A stretch of 64,000 bases of DNA from Octopus bimaculoides (taxonomy: Eukaryota). Of the stretch, positions 12,091 through 22,400 are shown piece by piece (within the stretch, counting starts at the first letter, position 1; the number at the start of each line of letters is the position of its first letter). The stretch lies in the NCBI RefSeq assembly GCF_001194135.2, contig NC_068991.1:589184-653183 (forward strand), in the 5' to 3' direction. The position numbers were made by a program, and so were the translations under genes. Below the pieces are notes generated by a model that was not told where the DNA came from, did not search any database, and saw only the letters and a list, made by a program, of their open reading frames with translations.

Positions 12091-12212
12091 CCAGTTTTTT
12101 GTTTTCAGATTCGTTTAATACAGATTTTTTTTTATACCTATTACACTTGCTTTTTTATTTTTATTGTCAGGTGTTCAAGTAAACATTAACCGTGGTTGCT
12201 AAGATCACAACT

Positions 12213-12220
12213 ATGGGGTT
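12213..12220 (+). CDS. BBS1: BBS1 putative start exon (coding part ATG GGG TT)
   Basis: ACAACT-ATG-G context and GTAAAT donor at 12221. Phase 2 joins exactly to the single A at 13684, giving M-G-L-E-E-N-K-S-K-W. Confidence 0.6.
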
Positions 12221-13414
12221 GTAAATGTTGTTTTAACCCCAGAGAACTTTTGATTTAACATTTCATCCGAGACCAAATCCATATTTTAATTATTTCATCC
12301 ATTTTCACATTATCTAATGTGTCCTTCTCTGTTTTAAGGCAGATTGGTGTGGTTTTAGGGTAATTGCTATTTCTAGCATGTCAAGCAACCCTCTAATAAC
12401 CCTTTCCCTCTCATTTATTCGTTTTATTGAAATTTAAACTTTCGATTAAGGGGAGGCTACTCTTGTTTTATTGTAACTCTATTACTACCAATCCACACGT
12501 GACCACTCCTGGCTCTGTGATATAAAACTTTAGGTTTTAATGAGATAAATTAAAATCTTCCAACAAAATTTCATGTCAATTTATGTTCTATACACCAACT
12601 CAATGACGACAAACTCTTTTTATTAAATTCCACATTATTTTCGAAATTAATTGTAACAAAGTGTCGTGTGTGTCAAGAGACGGAAAAGGTAATTGAAAGG
12701 GTTTTGCTAGCATTTCATATTGCTGAGAAGATATTTGCAGAATGATTTCTGTAAGTTGAGTAGTGATTTGTTATTCTCAAGAACACTCATCCATCAAAAT
12801 GAGTTTCTAAATGGATATCATTAATGTCTATACTAACCCTAACCCTAACCCTAACCCTAACCCAATCTATGACTATCGACCCTTCCCCACAACCCATCTT
12901 TATAACACCCACCCCCACTTATCTCTCTATACAACTATTTCCTCAGCTGCTGTAATTATAAGACTACCAGTCATCCCACCCCTTGGAACCCTAACCCTTT
13001 TGTCACCCATCTCTCATTCTCAGCGTCATCATTTCCCTCTTTATTTTTCACTGATTGTCCCCTTTCTATGAACACCACCCACCCATGTCTGCCATCGAAC
13101 CCCTCCTCCCATTTTGTTTGTCATTCACTATATCCATCCCTACATACCTCTGACTTCAGTAGACCATAGTAGGCATGAGTGAAAGGATAGAGGAGGAGAG
13201 ACAGTTACACCTTTGGTTAAAGTCTGCATCCAATTAGTAAGTAGTGAGATGGACTTTGATGAAATATGGATGATAGCAGTGAATACGGTTTCAGTGAATA
13301 TTTGGTTTTTTATTGACTGGAGAAAACAGCTGGGACAAAGGAGTTTGCCTTATGGTTGTCCTGGGATTGTCTGCTGATTCCTGTTAGTTGTCCCCTTATC
13401 TAACATTTTTTCTC

Positions 13415-13472
<58 letters not shown>

Positions 13473-16400
13473 CACTAGTTGTCTTCCATTATTATTACAG
13501 TGTTGTCTTTCAGTCTTGTTTTCTCATTATCTATTTTAATTAAATCGCCACCATTTTAAAAATTTGTCTTTGTAATAACTCACCACCTGTCGTCCTTGTG
13601 GTAAATTTTAGATTTATTAATTAATTTATTTTTATTATTCATTTATCTTCCCAAATAAACAAAATATTATATTTTTATTGCAGAGAGGAAAACAAATCGA
13701 AATGGTTGGATGCTCATCACGACCCAGTTGCTTCCCTTTACACATTTACTCAATGTCTCGCTTTATCTGACATCAAAGCTGACGGCGATTGGAAATTGGT
13801 GATTGGCAACCTAGGAATCGATAATTACGTCACGAAACTGAAAGTTTTCCAAGGTCTACAGTTTCCTATTTCTATTTCGTCTGTAAATATGTTTTTATTC
13901 AGGGGTGGTGCCTCGTGTTCTATCAATTTATCACACTAGTAAAACCTTTCTTTTATATTATCACTATACTATACTATACTACATGCATACTGTCACTATC
14001 ATAATTTTGTACTATAGTATCTGTCAACTATGCTGTCACTATATTATAGACTCTTCAATTATGAAGTTATCCCAATACTGTCACCAAGGTAACAGAAACT
14101 ATGAACAACATGGAGTAAAGCACCTCCACAATTCATAAATTTCACTCGCTTTGTATCATTAACTACTCCTGTATATCTAAAGTCTTGTTTCTTTATTGAC
14201 CGATCGTATCTCCCTCTGCCTACCTACAACTTCCATTCAGGACACATNNNNNNNNNNNNNNNNNNNNNNNNNNNNNNNNNNNNNNNNNNNNNNNNNNNNN
14301 NNNNNNNNNNNNNNNNNNNNNNNNNNNNNNNNNNNNNNNNNNNNNNNNNNNNNNNNNNNNNNNNNNNNNNNNNTATATATATTTATATGTGTGTGTTTGC
14401 ATCTGTTGTATTCCAGGTACAACTCTGATTCATGAGAGTACATTACTTGATCTTCCGAATGGAGTTGTGTCATTTTACATGGATACTCACGAACCTAGGA
14501 CCCCTGGTGAGTAAAACCTTCCTGAAATTAATTATTTGCCAAAGTATGTCTGATTATTTCTGCCAGGAGAGTCTTCTCCCAGCCATACTCTATCTCATTC
14601 TGCCTATGTTAGACATTTTAAAGGATGCCATTCTGTAGTCTTCTCCTAACTTGCTCCTACAAATTGGAGAACAAACATTTGGGCAAAGAGTTATGACCTT
14701 AGTATTCAGTGGGATCCTGGATCTGTGGGGGGGGGTTCCATGATTGGTCCCGGTTGCAGACTCACCTGTATCCTCCAGATGTTCACATATTTTCTGTGCT
14801 ATTTATACTTTTATTCCATCTCTCCCTTCCCCTCCACTTTTTATGTAGCCCCTCCCCTCCAATTGTAAATTGCCCTTGTAGTGTTCCCCTCATCTGATGC
14901 CCCTGTGGAAAAGAAATCATCATCATTATCATAGGTTTTTATGTTGATTTCAAATTCTCCCAAGGCTGACTCTGCCTTTCATTCTTTTGGGGGTCGATAA
15001 ATTAGATACCAGATGGACGCTGGGGTTGATGTAATCGACTCGTCTCCTTCCCCAAAATTCCTGGCCTTGAGCCAAAATTCGAAACCATTTTTATTATTGA
15101 AATCTGTTAAACTGAGGGTTTAATATGATTAGTTTCTCTTGGCAGCCATTGCTGTATGTTCCGGACCTTTCATATATGTCTTCAAGAATCTAAGACCTTA
15201 CTACAAATTTTCAATGCCAACTATCGACATTGACCCTGCTGAGCAAGATTTATGGACCCAAGTAAAACAGGTGAGTCCTTCCTCTCTCAATCCAACTCCA
15301 TTCAAACATCTTTCAAGTCTGTAAAAATTTCTAAGAGAAGTTATCAGTGCGAGGGTAGAAATCGTGATTGGGGTGAGAAAGGGGTAGAAAGAGAGAGGGT
15401 CCCTATAACAGGGTCCCAGGTGGAGAGGGAGTAATGAGTGGAAGTATAGAAAGAGCGATGGTGAGAGAGAAACAAGTAGAGTCAACCTTAAAACCACAGG
15501 CAGCATAATAGAATAAGTAGATGGGAGAGAGGAAGAGAGGGATGAGTGAATATCAAAAAAGGTAGGGGGAGGCAGAAGATATTGACTCGACAAAAAAGTA
15601 ATCAAAATGTATTTGCCTATATATACATATATCATTGTGATCATTATCGTTTTACATCCACTTTCCATGCAGGCATGGGTTGGAGGGGTCATTTGATTCT
15701 ATGTAGCAGCTCTCTGGCCACTTTTGTCTGTCTTCTACAAGTGTTTACCTGATCTTGTAAGCTGTTCTCACAGCTATTTTGTGTTTCAAATTTACTTATT
15801 TTCTGTAATATATATATATATATATATATATGTAGGAAAAATAGAAGTTGAAAATGCACTGAGAATAGTTAAAATATATTTTATTAATATATTTAGAGCT
15901 TTAACCGGTTTCACAGTTGACACTGATTTCCAGAAAGTTCAAATAGAAAGGCGTGGCTTATGTCGCAGCTGTTTTGCTTCTTACTAGTGTTTGAAGCTTG
16001 CCCTGTTTTTATAGGGAGTTCAGGGCTCAAATTAGTCTATGTTTTGGATAGGACTTGATTGGTAGAGGATAGTCACATGACTGGTGTTAGACATGTTCTA
16101 AGATCAGTCATGTGACTATCCCCTACCATGCAAAAACAAACAAACAAACACACAGAGATTAAATCAGTGTCGTCTGCATAAATAAAGAAAGACATTTAAG
16201 AGAATAAAGACAATTGATTTCTGTTTGAATGTCTGCCTTTACTGTTTCACTGCTAACATCATGAATTTTGTTTCTCTTCCTATCAGGAGAAAATTAGTCC
16301 TTTTCAGATGTGGGAACGTTTGGAAAGTTTGAAGTAAGTTTACAGATTCATATATGTGTGTGTGTGTGTATATATGATGGTATATCATCATCATCATCAT

Positions 16401-19400
16401 CATCGTCGTCGTCATCATCATCATCGTCGTCGTCATCATCATCATCGTCGTCGTCATCATCATTCTCATCCTCATCATCGTCATCATCATTATCATCATT
16501 TAACGTCTGCTTTCCATGCTGGTATGGGTTGGACGGTTTGACTGAAGAACTGGTAAGCTGGTGAGCTGCACCAGGTTCCGATCTGATTTGGAATGGTTTC
16601 TATGGCTGGATGCCCTTCCTTACGCCAACCACTCCAAGAGTGTAGTGGGTGCCTTTTTTATGTCCCACCAGCACAGGTGTCATTGCCCTGACACCGACAT
16701 CAGCCATGACTACGGCCTCCCTTGGCTTGACAGGTTTATGTAAACACGGTTATATCACAAAAGATCTTGGTTGTCTGTCACTGCCTCCATAAGGCCCAAC
16801 ACTCGAACGGTTCTTTTTACATACCACTGGCACGGAAGCCAGTCAGGCGGCACTGGCATCGGCTACAGCTATGATTTCACTTGGCTCAACAGGTCTTCAC
16901 AAGCACAGCATTATCACCCAACATTTGAAGGGTGCTTTTAATGGGCCAATTACACTACACTGGCATCAACCATGACAGCAACCTCACTTGGCTTGGTGGG
17001 TCTTCTCAAGCACAGCATATCGCCAAAGGTCTCAGTTGCTTGTCATTGCCTCTGTGAGGCCCAACATTTGAAGATCACGCTTGTCTTCTTGGGTCTACTT
17101 CTTCCACTGATTCCATCCACTGGGAATCAGGTGGCGAAGGGGCTACATTGGAAACTGTGTGAAAAGTGGGGGCTAGAGAGAGGCAAGACGTGGTATGAGC
17201 ACAAACTGCAGAGAGGGGTGGTGTCGGGGACTGGCAAAATCCTCTGGAATTTCCCAATCCAAACAGATCAGTTGCTAGACATTAACAGACCGCACCTAGT
17301 GGTGGTGGACAAGGTGCACAATGTATGTTTTATAGCTGATGTTGCATGTCCCTTTGATCCATGAATGGTCAAGAAGGAAGGCAAAAAGATAGATAGATAG
17401 AATGCTCTTAAGTATGAAATAGCCCAGTTGTGGAAAATGAAGAAGGTGAAGATGGTGCCAATTATTGTTGGGTCCTTGGGTGCAGTATCAGAAGGCATCA
17501 AGAGGAATATAAAGGAAATTAGAATAGGGTTCCCAGTAGAACTGCTACAAAAGGTTTGCCTGCGTGGCATGGCCAGAATAATCAGGAAAGTATTAGAGAG
17601 CTGAAGAGAATGGATAGCATGGTGCTGTAGGCTGCAGGTAGTAAGCCCGTTACGCATGCAAGAGTCCAGGAGCTCCAACAAAACCTGTGATAAAGAGAAG
17701 TAATAATAATGATAATAATAATAATAATAATAATAGTAGTAGTAATAATANNNNNNNNNNNNNNNNNNNNNNNNNNNNNNNNNNNNNNNNNNNNNNNNNN
17801 NNNNNNNNNNNNNNNNNNNNNNNNNNNNNNNNNNNNNNNNNNNNNNNNNNAAGCAAATTGATTCTTTGTTTTACGTTCCACTATAAAATGTTGTCAGAGA
17901 GGCGGGTTTTTTTTTAGCATTTTCATTTTTCTTCGTTTTTATTGATTTTTTTCTGGCAAAAATGTTTGGGTTTTCCTGAGTATTGTTGAATAATTTCCAA
18001 CACGTTTAATATATATGTGTGTGTGTGTGTGTTTATGTAATTATATATATAATTACACACAAACACACACACACACACATCTTGTTTAATAATTTTGTTT
18101 CCCAACCACACAATTTCAAGTTCAGTCCCACTTTGTGGTGTCTTCAGCCTCTTCTAATATAACATCTTGCTGACCAAAGCTTTGTGAGTTGCTTTGGTTG
18201 ATGGAAACTGAAAGAAGCTGTTGTGTGTGTGAAAATGTGAGAAAATTTGAGAAGAGGTGAGAGAGGGGAATTGCTGGAATTTAGTCAGAAATGGTAGACT
18301 GTTCCATAGTCTTGAGGAGCAGCAGCTGTTGTAGTAGCAGTTGAAAGTTAGAAGGAGGATACAACATGTCAGTGAGTTGTTGCAGTTGATTGGTGAATGA
18401 ATGTTTGATAATCAGTTGGATGGCTGGAGTAAACAATGTAGAAACTCATTCATGCCATACGTATAGGCTATAGTCATGTGTGGTGTACAGTGTTTGGTGT
18501 TACCCTGTTGTAGTAGTTTCTATTTGTGGAGATTCAATTTTAGTTCTGTTATAATGATGAAGAAATGATTAATGAGTGCCAAGTTTAGCAATTTGGTGAG
18601 TGTTGTCAGTAGAGAGGGTCTATGTGTTGGTGGTTTGTGTTGTGATTGAACCTGTGATGCCTCTAAGAGAAGCTAGATTGCCATTTGGTGATATTTGTTC
18701 AACAACAGCCAGTGCACATAAACAGCGTATCCATGTTAGATAAATAGTCATAAAAATGTTACAATTACTACGGTAACAGTAAATATATTTACGTAGATTT
18801 AATAATTGACATGTTATGTGGTATAAAGTCATGAAATCCACTTAAATGCTAATCTGCTGTTTCTCTTTCCATTTCAGCTAAATGCAAATTCATCTAATTC
18901 GACTTTTATTTATCTTCCTTTTATGAAAATTTTTTTAAAGAATTTATGTATTTTTTAAAAATTGTTCTATTGCTCAAAAAGTACTTTGAAATTCTGGAAA
19001 TCATTTTGAAAATTTCATCTAAAACCTGTTTTTATTGAAACACTGATAGGAATTTGCAATGAAACACATCTGAATAAAAAGTGTTCTGGATGTGAATATT
19101 GCATCAAATTTAGGGTAATAAAAACTGTCATGATAAACAAATTTCTGCTGATAAATAATGGAATATAGAGACCAAATCATGAAAAATGTATTAGCCTAAG
19201 TGAAACAACAACAACACAGGTAAAAAAAAAACCCCAACAAAGATAAGAAGTAAATATACTAAAAATGTCGACATTTTGTGGCATTTTCTTTCTCATTTGG
19301 TTTTCTATTTACAATGGAATTTTCTGTTGATAAAATTGCACCCCAACTCACACCAATTCACTCCGTTATTTCTAACCAAACAATGTCTGATCTTTAATAA

Positions 19401-22400
19401 CCTACAATTGCTTATTCAGTGAAGACAAACTCTACNNNNNNNNNNNNNNNNNNNNNNNNNNNNNNNNNNNNNNNNNNNNNNNNNNNNNNNNNNNNNNNGG
19501 GGTGGGTGGGGTTGGGGTGTACTGTTCTTTTCCTAATTTTGTCTTTTTTCTTTCATTGTCATGGCAACAAATTATATTTCCATTACCAAATGCCGACAGT
19601 TCTACTGTTAGAGGAACAGCATTAGTTAAACACAGTTTTTTTTTTCTCTGCATCTCCTGGCATATGGCATTTCGGTGTGCCATAGAAGCAAGAATTGCAG
19701 TTAGTTCTTTATGGCACCAAACTAATCAAAGAAACATTATGGCAGCACTTCAATTGTGTCTCGACCTTGGTTACATCTCTGTTTCAACTGTATTTTGGGC
19801 TTGAGTTGTGTTTGGATTTTAACCATGTCTCGGGTTTAGTTGAGTCTAAACTTCAACAATGCCTGCACTTCACATTTAGTTGGGCCCCAATTGTTGCCAG
19901 AGACGAATTTTTGAGATTGTTCATCATCATCATCATCATTGTTTAACATCTGTTTTCCATGCTGGCATGGGTTGGACAGTTTGACAGGAGCTCATCAGCC
20001 AAGGAGCTGTCCAGATTCCACCTGTCTGTGTGGCATGGTTTCTATAACTGGATGCCCTTCCTAAATGTGTTGAGTGAGAATTATCATTTGTGACAAATAT
20101 ACCAAGCAGGTTTGGTAGAGTTACCAGTTTGGTTGGTGATGGCCTGACCCTGGAATAAGTTGGAGGAGGTTTCCATGTTACTTGCAGCACTAAGAGTGAC
20201 CAGACATATACCTACCCACCCACCTACCTACCCACCTACCCACCTATCTACCTACCTACCAACGTACCTACCTACCTACCTACCCACCTATCTACCTACC
20301 TACCAACCTACCAACCTACCAACCTACCTATGCACACACACACACATGCATGCATGAGCACCAGAAAAAAACACAGGAACTCAGGTATTAAGTAATAGAT
20401 TTTATACATACATATATATATATATGTGTGTGTGTGTGTGTATGTGTATATGTTTCTGTAAGTTCTTTTCTTTGATGTCAAAACTAAACACGAGTTGACT
20501 TTTGCTCCTCTCTTTGATCTTTTAGGGTAAACGTCTCTGGAACATCAAGCTTCCTGCCAGTGTGATGACAATGGAGCTCTTAGACTACACTGTGAAAGGA
20601 GTGTCAGCAGTTTTGGTGGCGCTAAGCAATTGTACGGTGCATATGTACCAGGACAGGCATCTGATAGATGTCATACAAACACCAGATGTTGTGAACGCCT
20701 TGAAATTTGGTCGTTTTGGACGAGAAGAAGGCAACCTTATTCTCACTACAAGAAGTAAATCTCTGGGATTTTAACTAATTTCTCTATCATTAGTGATTAA
20801 TGGTTGAGGTTAAAGTGATTGACTGATTGATTGGTTGCAGGGTCAGATTTTACTTTTGCAATTGTGGTATGTCCTTCATTAATCTACTGAGTAACCCTGA
20901 TTATTTTAGTTTAGAGGAGAAAATAGCCAGGCCTCACCTCCTGACTTCACAGTTGAGTGGTTAGTGATGGTAAGAAGGGACATCTTCCAGCCATAAAAAA
21001 CAATGGTGCCAGTAAGAATACCATTATATGAAAAAATAGAAGTAAAAGGACAATTCAGAAAAAAAAAAAATCCATTTCTCTGGAAACATTAGAATGAAAT
21101 AAAAAAACGGTTCTTATTCCTGCAGGAAATGAAAGAATTTTAATGAAAATTAGAGATTAAGAAAATAAGATTAGATAAGAAATCTTTGCAAGATTTAAGT
21201 TTATTTTCTAAACAAAACTCTATGCTTTTTGAATTTAATTCTTATTATGTGAAGACTATTATAGCCTTTAGGTTTAGAATGGCAAAACTGAAGAATTGAT
21301 GGCTAAGTCCATCAGGAACTTAGTTTATCCTTCTTCTTCAGGATGCACATATATCATTCCATAATCAAAGTGGTAAGGTAAAATAGTAACCAAGTCTTGG
21401 TTACTCTTTTTAGTAACTTGGTTACTATTTTTAGCAATGCAGTTTATCTTTCTTTAAATATGTCCTTCTTTGAAAAGGGTAAAACTAGTGACTGTCCTTT
21501 GGCTAAAAATAAAATTTCTTTCTCCCCAAACATGGACAAGTGTTTACCTCATCATCATCATCGTTTAACGTCTGCCTTCCACACTGGTATGGGTGGGACA
21601 GTTTAACAAGAGCCTGCACCAGGCTTCTGTGACTGTTTTGGCAGGATTTTTACAGCTGGAGGCCCTTCTTAACACCAAGTCCACTCAGTAGAGTGGACTG
21701 TTTACAATTTTTTTATTAAAAAAAATTTTTTTTTAACTTGTTGCAAACTGTAAGAAATCTCTGTCTGTTCAGGTGGTGGTTTAATAGTGAAGATATTACG
21801 AAGACATGCTGATTTAGATGTTAAAGATGTCACACCTGGGCCACCCATGGCACAGAATGTCAAACTGAATATACCAAAGAAGACGAAACTTTTTGTCAAT
21901 CAATCAATCAGAGAAAGGGAAAATCCTGTTGGTGAGTTGCTGTTGTTATGGTGGTGGTGGTGGTGTTGTTACATTTGTGGTTCATGTTGTGGTTGTAGTG
22001 GTTCTTGTGATTGTTAAAGTAGATGTTGTGGTGTAGTGATACACGTAGAGTTTGTTGTTGTAATGGCTGTAGTGGTTGTTGTTGTTATGAAGCAATGATA
22101 AGCATAATTTATTCTGTTTCCTGTTTCAGCAATGTTTCGTACATTCCAACGAGACCTGAGACTTTTCCGTTTGAACACAGCTCGTCAATTCCTGCATATC
22201 TTGGAGAATAACAACAGTCCAATCTCTTGTGATCCAAAGGATCCACTGAAGATATCAGCCCAGGTAATATAAAGTAGACAATTGGTTTAACCATTTAAAC
22301 TTACGTCTAATCTAGAAATTACAATTCTCAAGTAATTTCTACACATAGTTATATAATGTATAACTTTGGTGTATATATACAACTAGGTTGTCATCATCAT

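Noticed and set aside
15831-15990. GKIEVENALRIVK.. as a possible BBS1 exon
   Set aside because: In the required phase 0 it reads GAA AAA TAG (stop). It resembles the repeat at about 50340, and the exon at 16287 fits the homology instead.
16239-16564. Poly-His/poly-Ser/poly-Met ORFs (similarly poly-Glu at 45358, poly-Lys/Leu at 61310-61759)
   Set aside because: These are translations of trinucleotide microsatellites.
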